DNA of 64,000 nucleotides from Legionellales bacterium (GTDB lineage Bacteria; Pseudomonadota; Gammaproteobacteria; Legionellales; Legionellaceae): NCBI GenBank assembly GCA_027449905.1, contig DAIDKT010000075.1, positions 28,263 to 92,262 of the forward strand, read 5' to 3'. Shown piece by piece: positions 55,152 to 64,000 of this stretch (position 1 is its first letter; each line of letters starts with the position of its first letter). The notes under the pieces were generated by a model. It saw only the letters and a program-made list of their open reading frames with translations, ran no database searches and was not told where the DNA came from. The position numbers and the translations under genes were made by a program.

Positions 55152-56154
55152 AGCCTAAAACCTCCACGGTTAAGTTTGATTGTTCGCATCGTTGAATAAA
55201 TGCAGTCAATAATTCTTTATTTGCATTTAACTCGACGATTAATACCCCACACGATACCTGATCAAAGCTATCCATGTTTGCCAACAAGATATTGATATCG
55301 AGGTGTAATTCTCGACTTGTTTGACTAATAAACGGGATCGTTGCCCCATCGCCTTCGAAGAATAATTTGAGTAAGGGCCGGTTGTTGGGGGTCATGGTTA
55401 ATTGGTGAGTTAAATAATACGGGATTTGCGGGCTTAGTTGGTTGTACAACAACTCACGGGCGATACTTTTTTTATTTGCAAAAACCTGAGTTAAGGCGAT
55501 TGTCTCAATAATTTTACCGTTTTCCATTAAGCTGAGTCGGTGGCACACCCGTTTTACCACCTCCATTTCGTGTGTGATAAGGATGATAGTAATGCCATAT
55601 AATTGATTGATTTTCTTGAGTAAAGCAAGAATGGAATCGGTGGTTTCAGGATCCAATGCGGAGGTTGCTTCATCACATAATAAAATTTTTGGCGAACAGC
55701 TCAGCGCGCGGGCAATGGCAACCCGTTGTTTTTGGCCACCACTCAGTTTTCCTGGATATGCGTTTATTTTGGCTGTTAAGTCAACCAAGGCCAGTAATTC
55801 GTTGATTTTTTTCTTGATGTGACCTTCATCGAATTGTTGAATTCGCATGGGCAGCGCTATATTGTCATACACTGTTTTAGAATTTAATAGGTTAAACTGT
55901 TGAAAAATCATGGCCGTTTTGTGTCTTGCTTCGCGCAGCAATTTAGGCTGTAATTTGGTAATATTTTGATTATCGATCAGGATGTCGCCTTTATCTGGGC
56001 GTTCTAATAAATTCATGCATCTCAGCAAGGTCGATTTTCCGGCACCGCTTCTTCCGATGATGCCAAATATTTCCCCTTCTTGAACGAATAAATTAATATT
56101 TTTTAAAACCGTGTGATCTTGATATGTCTTATATAATTTTTTTATTTCAATCAT
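55129..56154 (-). CDS. metN: methionine ABC transporter ATPase MetN
   Basis: Walker [18 protein letters not shown], Walker [12 protein letters not shown] and a C-terminal NIL domain. ATG at 56154. Confidence 0.88.
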
Positions 56155-56186
56155 GCCGAACAAATTTAATTTGGAGTCGTGATCCA

Positions 56187-56298
56187 GGCATTGACCGCCC
56201 TTCCGACCAAGCTCTTTGTTGGGCCAAGACTCAACCTACTCAGAGCACGTAGACTGGGCCAAGGCCCAGCATTTATGGACGGAACGGCGGCCAATGCC
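56187..56298. mobile_element. family-1 MITE-like 112-bp palindromic element, intergenic copy flanked by a perfect 8-bp direct repeat GTGATCCA (56179-56186 and 56299-56306)
   Basis: Terminal inverted repeat GGCATTGACCGCC / GGCGGCCAATGCC, long imperfect internal palindrome and a target-site-duplication-like flank. Second copy at 39705-39816. Confidence 0.85.
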
Positions 56299-56327
56299 GT
56301 GATCCACATTTAATGATTATACAGAGC

Positions 56328-58277
56328 CTATTTTTTCAATTCAATCCGATTTTTAAAATAAGTCAAAGCATCAGGATTGATGAGAGAATCTAAGTTTTTA
56401 ACCGGTTTTTCTTCTACGATCTGGCGCACTGCGAGCTCAGCCAGTTTACCATTCATGGTTCGTGGAACATCAGCGACTTGTAAAATGAGATGGGGAACAT
56501 GTCGCGGAGAGGTATGATAACGAATAGCCTGACGAATGGTGTTTTTCAGCGATTCATCTAAATGCAGCCCATCTCTTAATTTAACAAACAAAACAATTCG
56601 TATATCATCTTGATAAGGTTGGCCGATAACAACGCTGTCTAGGATGTCTGGTATTTTTTCCAGTTGCAAGTAGATCTCGGCGGTGCCGATGCGCACGCCT
56701 CCTGGGTTGAGGGTCGCATCGGATCGCCCATAAATAATCAAGCCTTGATGTTCGGTTATTTTGGCAAAATCACCATGAGTCCATACCCCGGTAAACTGTT
56801 CGAAGTAAGCTTGGTGATAACGGGTTTTCAGTTGGTCTTGCCAGAATCCGATCGGCATCGATGGAAATGGTTTGGTACATACCAGCTCTCCAGGTCTATT
56901 TTGTAACGAATGCCCCGACTCATCAAAAATTTCAACGCTCATCCCCAAGCCCAAGCATTGTAATTCCCCAGGATAAACTGGCAAAATAGGATTACCCAAG
57001 GCGAAACAAGAGACAATATCTGTCCCTCCTGACATGGAGGATAATTGAATATCACTCTTAATATATTCATACACGTAATCATACTGGTGAGGGAGTAGCG
57101 GGGAGCCGGTTGCTAAAAGGGTTCGCAAGTAATCCATTGAATAGGTGTGTTTAGGATTTATTTGTTCTTTTTCAAGGCCCGCAATAAATTTTGCACTGGT
57201 GCCAAAAACAGTGATGTTTTCATCTTGGATAATTTGAAATAAATGCAGTGGGGTTGGGTAGGTTGGCGATCCTTCATACAGGGTTAACGTTGCACCCAGT
57301 GCCAACGTTGACACCATCCAATTCCACATCATCCACCCACACGTTGTATAAAACATCAGATTATCATGTGGCTTGATATCGGTGTGTAATCCTAATTCTT
57401 TGATGTGCTGTAGTAGGGTGCCGCCGGCGCCATGCATGATGCATTTGGGTTTACCAGTGGTTCCTGACGAAAATAAAATATACAGCGGGTGTGCGAACGG
57501 AAATGATGCAAAGACAAGTTTTTCGGTTGGGGTATCTTGTGTTAGAAAATGATCCAAGGTGATGGCCTTGGGTATATTTTGCAGATCCACCTGTGACTGA
57601 ATATGGGGATAGATCACCAAATGATTGAGACCGGGAATGGCGGCGCTAATCTCGTGTATTTTAGTCTGCGCTTCATGTTGTTTGCCATGATACGTATGTC
57701 CATCGCAGATAAAAACGACGCTTGGCATAATTTGCTCCAAGCGATCGATGATAGCACTCGCACCGAAATCTGGCGAACAAGATGACCAAATGGCGCCAAT
57801 CGCGGCGCTCGCTAGCATCGCAATCACGGTAAAAGCAACATTGGGCAAGATACCTGCAACGCGGTCGCCCGGTTTTACTCCAGCGGCTTGCAAGCAAACT
57901 GCACACGCGTGAACTCGCTCTTGTAGCTCAGCATAAGAATAGATTTCCTTTTGACCTTGCTCGTCGATGCCAACTATCGCTGGGTGCTGGTCTTGTCTTG
58001 ATAATAATTGTTTTGAAAAGTTGAAAGTTGCCCCGGTAAACCACTGGGCGTCGAGCATATCATGTTCATGAGTGAGTACGGAGGATGCTTTGGTATCAAA
58101 TTGAATTTCAAAAAAATCGCACAAGGCTTGCCAAAACAAGGCTGGTTTTGTAATGGACCATTGGTGTAATTGCTGGTAATCGTTTATACGGGTATGGTAA
58201 TTGGTGGTGATGTAGGTCATGAAATGCCAGAGACGTGACATTTCTGGGTGTTGCGGTTTCCAGATCGGTGTACTCAT
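56328..58277 (-). CDS. acetoacetyl-CoA synthetase (acetoacetate--CoA ligase)
   Basis: AMP-binding superfamily (FSSGTTGKPK) with an N-terminal pattern typical of acetoacetyl-CoA synthetases (PIWKP...W). ATG at 58277 is preceded by AAGGAA. The track start at 58421 would overlap recA. Confidence 0.8.
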   Translation of the reverse strand: MSTPIWKPQHPEMSRLWHFMTYITTNYHTRINDYQQLHQWSITKPALFWQALCDFFEIQFDTKASSVLTHEHDMLDAQWFTGATFNFSKQLLSRQDQHPAIVGIDEQGQKEIYSYAELQERVHACAVCLQAAGVKPGDRVAGILPNVAFTVIAMLASAAIGAIWSSCSPDFGASAIIDRLEQIMPSVVFICDGHTYHGKQHEAQTKIHEISAAIPGLNHLVIYPHIQSQVDLQNIPKAITLDHFLTQDTPTEKLVFASFPFAHPLYILFSSGTTGKPKCIMHGAGGTLLQHIKELGLHTDIKPHDNLMFYTTCGWMMWNWMVSTLALGATLTLYEGSPTYPTPLHLFQIIQDENITVFGTSAKFIAGLEKEQINPKHTYSMDYLRTLLATGSPLLPHQYDYVYEYIKSDIQLSSMSGGTDIVSCFALGNPILPVYPGELQCLGLGMSVEIFDESGHSLQNRPGELVCTKPFPSMPIGFWQDQLKTRYHQAYFEQFTGVWTHGDFAKITEHQGLIIYGRSDATLNPGGVRIGTAEIYLQLEKIPDILDSVVIGQPYQDDIRIVLFVKLRDGLHLDESLKNTIRQAIRYHTSPRHVPHLILQVADVPRTMNGKLAELAVRQIVEEKPVKNLDSLINPDALTYFKNRIELKK

Positions 58278-58384
58278 GTCGTCATTCCTTGATTGAACAC
58301 TGAAATAGGGCATCTGTGATTGAGAAGATATCATATCTATGGGATAATTTTTAGCTGCAACCTCCTCAATCATAGGTGAAATAA

Positions 58385-59413
58385 ATGGAAGAAAACAAAC
58401 AAAAAGCATTAAACGCTGCACTTTTACAAATTGATCGCCAATTTGGAAAGGGTTCTGTCATGCGAATGGGCGATAGTCATATTGGCCGAGATATTGAGGC
58501 CATATCGACTGGCTCACTGGGACTAGATATTGCGCTGGGTATTGGCGGATTACCCAAAGGTCGTATCGTTGAAATTTACGGTCCCGAATCGTCAGGAAAA
58601 ACAACACTAACCTTGCAAGTGATCGCTGAATGTCAAAAAACAGGTGGTACCTGTGCGTTTATTGATGCTGAACATGCATTAGATCCAAGTTATGCTGAAA
58701 AATTAGGGGTGAAGGTAGAAGATTTATTGATTTCTCAGCCAGATACCGGGGAGCAAGCACTAGAAATCACCGATATGTTAGTCAGATCAGCCGCGGTCGA
58801 TGTGGTGGTTATAGACTCAGTTGCTGCGTTAACCCCAAAAGCAGAAATTGAAGGAGAAATGGGTGATACCCATGTCGGTTTGCAAGCACGTCTGATGTCA
58901 CAAGCCTTGCGCAAATTGACGGCCAATATCAAACGATCCAATACCTTGGTTATTTTCATCAATCAAATTCGGATGAAAATTGGTGTGATGTTTGGTAGCC
59001 CGGAAACGACGACGGGTGGTAATGCGCTGAAGTTTTATGCATCGGTTCGTTTAGATATTCGGCGGGTTGGTTCGCTGAAAAAAGGTGAAGAAGTCATTGG
59101 CAGTGAAACACGTGTCAAGGTGGTAAAGAATAAAGTCGCACCACCGTTTAAAATGGCCGAGTTTGATATTTACTACAATGAAGGGATTTCGCGAGAAAGT
59201 GAAATTATTAATCTAGCGGTACAATTAGGACTCATTGAAAAATCTGGAGCTTGGTATAGTTACCAGCAAGAAAAAATTGGTCAGGGTAAGGACAATGTTC
59301 GGGTTTACTTGCAAGAGCATGCTGCGTTAGCGCGCGATCTTGAACAACAGATTCGAGCTGAACTCCTGACGAAGAAATTGGTAAGTCAGGAAGCTGTCTT
59401 GGAAGATGCATAA
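58385..59413 (+). CDS. recA: recombinase RecA
   Basis: Canonical RecA sequence ([46 protein letters not shown]). Confidence 0.95.
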   Translation: MEENKQKALNAALLQIDRQFGKGSVMRMGDSHIGRDIEAISTGSLGLDIALGIGGLPKGRIVEIYGPESSGKTTLTLQVIAECQKTGGTCAFIDAEHALDPSYAEKLGVKVEDLLISQPDTGEQALEITDMLVRSAAVDVVVIDSVAALTPKAEIEGEMGDTHVGLQARLMSQALRKLTANIKRSNTLVIFINQIRMKIGVMFGSPETTTGGNALKFYASVRLDIRRVGSLKKGEEVIGSETRVKVVKNKVAPPFKMAEFDIYYNEGISRESEIINLAVQLGLIEKSGAWYSYQQEKIGQGKDNVRVYLQEHAALARDLEQQIRAELLTKKLVSQEAVLEDA

Positions 59414-59849
59414 AGCTTATTCTCGTGCCGTTGCGCTATTGGCTCGCCGTGAGCATGGCGCCCAAGAACTGGCCCAAAAATTGAGATTAAAAGGATACGC
59501 GGCGGCTGATGTGATGGCTGCATTAGCCGAATGCCAGCGTTTGGATTTGCAAAGTGATGCGCGATTTGTTGAAAACATTGTTCGGGCTCGGATCCGCCAA
59601 GGTTATGGGCCTGAACGCATTCGACAAGAATTAAAAAGTAAACAAATTGAAGGTCAGTTAATTGCAACCGTTTTGGCAGCAGAACAAGAGCACTGGCTAG
59701 AGTGTGCTTTACAAGTATGGCAAAAAAAATATAAGCAAATAGGTGGGTACACCTATTCTGAAATCCAAAAGCAAAAACAGTTTTTACTTTATCGTGGATT
59801 TACAGTAGATACGATCAATTTGGTTTTTGAGTATATAACAAATGAATAG
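59406..59849 (+). CDS. recX: RecA regulator RecX
   Basis: 147 aa, RecX-like helical repeats. 8-nt overlap with the recA end. Confidence 0.8.
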   Translation: MHKAYSRAVALLARREHGAQELAQKLRLKGYAAADVMAALAECQRLDLQSDARFVENIVRARIRQGYGPERIRQELKSKQIEGQLIATVLAAEQEHWLECALQVWQKKYKQIGGYTYSEIQKQKQFLLYRGFTVDTINLVFEYITNE

Positions 59850-62445
59850 TTCCGAAATAAGACAAGCATTTTTTGATTTTTTTGAAAAACATGGTCATCA
59901 GATTGTACCCAGCAGTTCATTAATTCCGGCTCATGATCCGACTTTACTGTTCACGAATGCGGGCATGGTCCAATTTAAGGAAACGTTTTTAGGCCAAGAA
60001 ACACGGCCTTATACCCGAGCCGTTTCATCACAGCGCTGTGTGCGAGCGGGGGGTAAACATAACGATTTGGACAATGTAGGCTACACAGCGAGACACCATA
60101 CCTTTTTTGAAATGTTAGGTAACTTTAGTTTTGGTGATTATTTTAAACAGGATGCGATTCGTTATGCATGGGTCTTTTTAACCCAAGTGTTACATTTACC
60201 CGCAGAAAAATTGTGGGTAACGGTTTATCAAGACGATGATGAGGCCGCGGATATTTGGTTAAAAGATATCGGCGTTTCTGCCTCCAGGTTGTCGCGGTGT
60301 GGGGAAAAAGACAATTTTTGGTCAATGGGCGACACGGGTCCGTGCGGGCCATGTACTGAAATTTTTTATGATCATGGCCCACAGATTCCGGGTGGCCCGC
60401 CAGGCACGCCTGAAGCAGACGGTGATCGTTATATAGAAATATGGAATTTGGTATTTATGCAATTTAATCGTGATAAAAGTGGACAGTTGCATCCCTTACC
60501 CAAACCGGCGGTTGATACTGGCATGGGTTTAGAACGAATTGCTGCTGTTGTTCAAGGTGTACATAATAACTATGAAATTGACACGTTTAGCTATTTGATT
60601 GATCGCATTGCTGAGCTTGGTAAGCAAACAGATTCATTTCATCCGTCATTGCGGGTTATTGCCGATCATATTCGCGCCTGTTCTTTCTTGATCATGGATG
60701 GCATCACGCCAGGAAATGAAGGAAGAGCTTATGTTTTGCGGCGGATTATCCGCCGTGCAATTCGTCATGGACATTCATTACAACTGCCTATGCCATTTTT
60801 TTCTACGCTGGTGAAACATGTCGTGACAGTCATGGGAGATGCTTATCCCCAGTTAATTCAACAACAAGGACATATTGAGCAGGTCATCCTGCAAGAAGAG
60901 CAACAATTTGCCCGGACATTAGATCAAGGCATGCGTTTATTGGAGGAACAGGTTCGTGATCTCAAACCCCAAGATGGTATTTGCCAAATTTCAGGTGAGG
61001 TTGCTTTTAAGTTATACGACACTTATGGTTTCCCACTGGATTTGACCATCGATATTGCCAGAGAGCGTGATATTGAAGTAGATAGCGCGGGTTTTCACGA
61101 GCATATGCAGCTGCAACGAGAGCAATCTCTTTCAGCCAATGCCTTTCAAGTAGATTACTCAACCGCGATTCAGCAACTCAATGTCAAGACAACTTTTCAA
61201 GGTTATGATCATGAAAGTGTGCATAGTCACGTGCTCGCTCTGTTTCCTCGTTCACATCTCGATGTTTCCGTTGCAACGTTACAAATGGGCGAAAAAGGGA
61301 CTGTTGTGCTAAAAGATACGCCTTTCTATGCGGAAAGTGGCGGTCAAGTAGGGGACTGTGGTCAGTTGCAAGGTGATGATTGGATTTTTCGAGTGGATGA
61401 TACGCAACGACAAGGTGATGCCATCTTACACCATGGGGAATTAATTTCAGGGCAAATTGCAGTAGGACAAGCGGTGTTAGCTCAAGTGAATGTTGCCAGG
61501 CGAGAAGCAATCCGTTTAAATCATACAGCCACTCATTTAGTCCATGCTGCTTTGCAAAGAGTCATCGGTGCGCAGGTTGAACAAAAAGGGTCATTGGTTG
61601 ATGCCGAACGAACGCGTTTTGACTTTTCTCATGGCCAAGGGTTAACATCTGCTGAAATTCAACAGATCGAAAGCTTGGTGAATGAACAAATTCGGGCCAA
61701 TAAGCCGGTTCTCACCACGTTGATGTCTCTTGACGAGGCAAAAAAATCGGGTGCGATGGCACTTTTTGGCGAAAAATACACGGAAATGGTGCGGGTTTTA
61801 ACCGTCGATGATTTTTCAAAAGAGTTGTGTGGTGGGACGCACGCGCGGCATACTGGGGATATTGGGTTTTTTAAAATAACCAATGAATATGGGGTTGCCA
61901 GTGGGGTCCGTCGTATTGAGTTTGTGACAGGATTGTATGCCTTGGCTTGGGTAAACCAGCAACTGGCTCAATTAAGTGAAATCGCAGCCCAACTGAAAAC
62001 CAAACCGGGGTTTGTTGTAGACAAATTATCGCAACACTTGCAAACCATGCGGCAACAAGAAAAAGAAATTGCCCGGTTACAACAAAAATTAATGGTACAA
62101 TCTGGTTCGGATCTTGTGCATGAGAGCCGAATGCACGGGGATATTCAGTTTTTAATTAAACGCCTTGACCACTTAGATGGACCAGGCCTAAGGATGATGT
62201 CTGATCAACTAAAGTCCACCATGACGCGAGCAGTGATTGTGCTATATGCTATTCAGGCAGAGAAAATTAGTGTGATTGCTGCAGTTAGTCAGGATATTAC
62301 CAAACGGATGGCAGCGGGAACGCTAGTCAAAGCATTGTGTGGTAAAGGGGGGGGGCGCGATGATTTAGCTCAAGGTGGGGGACCGGTGCCACAGGATTTA
62401 GAGGCGCGAATTATGCAAGTGGAAGAGTTGGTGAGGGGTTGTTGA
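59842..62445 (+). CDS. alaS: alanine--tRNA ligase
   Basis: Full-length AlaRS (FTNAGM, editing-domain HTATHL...H, C-terminal DHHA1-like domain). 8-nt overlap with the recX end. Confidence 0.95.
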   Translation: MNSSEIRQAFFDFFEKHGHQIVPSSSLIPAHDPTLLFTNAGMVQFKETFLGQETRPYTRAVSSQRCVRAGGKHNDLDNVGYTARHHTFFEMLGNFSFGDYFKQDAIRYAWVFLTQVLHLPAEKLWVTVYQDDDEAADIWLKDIGVSASRLSRCGEKDNFWSMGDTGPCGPCTEIFYDHGPQIPGGPPGTPEADGDRYIEIWNLVFMQFNRDKSGQLHPLPKPAVDTGMGLERIAAVVQGVHNNYEIDTFSYLIDRIAELGKQTDSFHPSLRVIADHIRACSFLIMDGITPGNEGRAYVLRRIIRRAIRHGHSLQLPMPFFSTLVKHVVTVMGDAYPQLIQQQGHIEQVILQEEQQFARTLDQGMRLLEEQVRDLKPQDGICQISGEVAFKLYDTYGFPLDLTIDIARERDIEVDSAGFHEHMQLQREQSLSANAFQVDYSTAIQQLNVKTTFQGYDHESVHSHVLALFPRSHLDVSVATLQMGEKGTVVLKDTPFYAESGGQVGDCGQLQGDDWIFRVDDTQRQGDAILHHGELISGQIAVGQAVLAQVNVARREAIRLNHTATHLVHAALQRVIGAQVEQKGSLVDAERTRFDFSHGQGLTSAEIQQIESLVNEQIRANKPVLTTLMSLDEAKKSGAMALFGEKYTEMVRVLTVDDFSKELCGGTHARHTGDIGFFKITNEYGVASGVRRIEFVTGLYALAWVNQQLAQLSEIAAQLKTKPGFVVDKLSQHLQTMRQQEKEIARLQQKLMVQSGSDLVHESRMHGDIQFLIKRLDHLDGPGLRMMSDQLKSTMTRAVIVLYAIQAEKISVIAAVSQDITKRMAAGTLVKALCGKGGGRDDLAQGGGPVPQDLEARIMQVEELVRGC

Positions 62446-62472
62446 CCCGTCATCAGAATGGTTAACAGACCT
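62435..62472. repeat. family-2-like mini palindrome (GGGGTTGTTGAC...GTTAACAGACCT) containing the alaS stop codon
   Basis: Arms resemble the GGGTCTGTTGAC / GTCAACAGACCC termini of family 2. The interior CGTCATCAGAATGG resembles family-4 arms. The alaS TGA at 62443-62445 lies in the left arm. Confidence 0.45.
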
Positions 62473-62490
62473 CAATACAAGGAGAGATGA

Positions 62491-63207
62491 GTGGAAGCTG
62501 ATGCCAGTAGCAAAGTGAGTCAAAAAACCCAAGAATCACTTATGAAAGCTCATGCTTCCCTGGTGAAACGGATAGCCTATCATTTGTCAGGACGTTTGCC
62601 GCGCTCGATTCAACTGGAAGACTTGATGCAAGCTGGAATGCTTGGCTTACTGGAAGCAGCTCGCTCTCATGATGAAGGCAAGGGCGCTTCATTTGAAACG
62701 TATGCCACGATTCGTATTCGCGGATTTATGATCGATGAAGTGCGTCGCAATGATTGGGTGCCGCGATCGGTTTATCGCAACGCACGAACGATTGCTGAGG
62801 CTGTTCGCGTCATCGAAAACCGAATCGGCCGTGAAGCAACCGATCACGAGGTTGCACAAGAACTTGCGATTGGCCTTGACGAGTATCATGAAATGTTAAA
62901 CGATGCCAATGGTGCGCATTTATATGGATTTGAGGATTTAGGTGTAACCGATGATACTTTAAAAGATAGTTCAGACAGTTTAGCGAGTGAACCACATGTT
63001 AATATCTTGCGATCGGATATGAGACAACAGTTACAACAGGTGATCCAAGGATTGCCGGCCAGTGAACGCATGGTCTTGTCGCTTTATTATGAACATGATA
63101 TGAATTTGAAAGAAATTGGTGAAGTGTTAGGGGTAACCGAATCGCGGGTGTCGCAGATTCATAGCCAAGCAACGCATCGAATTAAAGCCCGATTAGAGAG
63201 AGAGTAG
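62491..63207 (+). CDS. fliA: RNA polymerase sigma factor FliA (sigma-28)
   Basis: Collinear with FliA/WhiG sigma factors: region 2 (LEDLMQAGMLGLLEAARSHDEGKGASFETYATIRIRG), region 4 (NLKEIGEVLGVTESRVSQIH). GTG start with AGGAGA 5 nt upstream. Confidence 0.85.
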   Translation: MEADASSKVSQKTQESLMKAHASLVKRIAYHLSGRLPRSIQLEDLMQAGMLGLLEAARSHDEGKGASFETYATIRIRGFMIDEVRRNDWVPRSVYRNARTIAEAVRVIENRIGREATDHEVAQELAIGLDEYHEMLNDANGAHLYGFEDLGVTDDTLKDSSDSLASEPHVNILRSDMRQQLQQVIQGLPASERMVLSLYYEHDMNLKEIGEVLGVTESRVSQIHSQATHRIKARLERE

Positions 63208-63208
63208 T

Positions 63209-64000
63209 ATGTTAGAAGTGAATCAAATTGCTGTGATGATCACCGATTTACAGCATCGTATACAGGCGCTTCGGGGGTATCTTTGACTTTGACAACAAAC
63301 GAGAACAGCTCGAAGAAGTCATTCGCGAATTAGAAGAACCATCCATTTGGGAAAACCCGGATAGGGCGCAGGCCCTGGGACGTGAGCGTGCCCAATTAGA
63401 TCATGTGGTTCATCAATTAAAATCATTAAGTCAATTGCTAGATGATTTAAGTGAATTGTTTGATATGGCGCGTGAAGAACAAGATGAATCAGCCATTCAC
63501 GATATGGCGGGCGATTTAATCCAGGTAGAAAGTCAAGTTGCCGCGCTAGAATTTCAACGAATGTTCTCGGGGGAGATGGATCGGTGTCATGCTTTTCTCG
63601 ATATTCAATCCGGTTCTGGTGGTACTGAGGCACAAGACTGGGCTGAAATGCTGTTGCGGATGTATTTACGCTGGGCTGAGCAGCATGGTTTTAAGACTGA
63701 CTTAGTTGAATGCTCCGCGGGTGATGTGGCGGGGATCAAAAGCGCAACCATTCATATTCAAGGTGAGTATGCTTTTGGCTGGGCAAGGACCGAAACCGGC
63801 GTGCATCGATTAGTCCGTAAATCGCCATTTGACTCAGGTAATCGACGACATACCTCGTTTGCCTCGGTTTTTGTGTCACCGGAAGTAGATGATGACATTG
63901 AGATCGCCATCAATCCTGCTGATTTGCGGATTGATACCTATCGTGCATCTGGGGCAGGGGGGCAGCATGTCAATCGGACTGATTCCGCGGTGCGGATCAC
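63209..64000 (+). CDS. prfB: peptide chain release factor 2 (programmed +1 frameshift at codon 26; 3' end truncated by the window)
   Basis: Frame 1: [25 protein letters not shown] then TGA at 63284. Frame +1 continues [12 protein letters not shown]...[18 protein letters not shown]...[19 protein letters not shown] (SPF and GGQ motifs). Not in the ORF track because the main frame has no ATG. Confidence 0.9.
63273..63287 (+). promoter_or_regulatory. prfB +1 ribosomal frameshift site (internal SD GGGGG, slippery CTT TGA C)
   Basis: GGGGGTATCTTTGAC matches the canonical E. coli prfB autoregulatory site. Confidence 0.9.

Noticed and set aside
58278-58384. Looked for a LexA/SOS box (CTGT-N8-ACAG) upstream of recA and noticed the 13-bp palindrome AGATAT-C-ATATCT (58326-58338).
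   Set aside because: There is no SOS-box match. A 6+6 palindrome in AT-rich DNA is expected several times by chance in 64 kb, so it is not reported as a finding.
63319-63633. 104-aa minus-strand ORF.
   Set aside because: It is antisense to the +1 frame of prfB, which carries unmistakable RF2 motifs.

Overview
AT-rich gammaproteobacterial chromosome segment. It most likely comes from a Legionellales-type organism: there is a stand-alone icmF/dotU pair of the Dot/Icm type IVB system with no flanking T6SS genes, plus fliA and classic gamma synteny blocks. Most of the window is housekeeping. In order: egtB-egtD (ergothioneine); gpmI-envC-ctpA-dotU-icmF; uppS-cdsA-rseP-bamA-skp-fabZ-lpxA; rimO; rph-proC-yggT; gmk-rpoZ-spoT-ridA-uup; a yejM-like gene; tRNA Pro-Arg-His-Leu followed by tig-clpP-clpX-lon-hupB-tRNA Val-Asp-ppiD; metNIQ; acetoacetyl-CoA synthetase; recA-recX-alaS; fliA; and prfB, which has its +1 frameshift site, is truncated by the window end, and is absent from the ORF track. 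Four things are not housekeeping. (1) A ~3,200-aa ORF with a poly-Q tract, long coiled-coil-like regions and an embedded SecA-type DEAD motor lies convergent with icmF. (2) An orphan 574-aa hydrophilic ORF sits between ppiD and metQ and is a candidate secreted effector. (3) A tyrosine recombinase lies next to the 4-tRNA cluster. (4) At least six families of short palindromic or MITE-like repeats fill nearly every long intergenic spacer. One 112-bp element has a perfect 8-bp target-site duplication in its intergenic copy, and a second copy sits in frame inside the yejM-like CDS, where 112 + 8 bp adds 40 codons. Several elements overlap or supply the stop codons of genes (gmk, metI, alaS, the giant ORF). 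I saw no rRNA, CRISPR array or IS transposase. All calls come from reading the translations and sequence by eye; no database search was possible.
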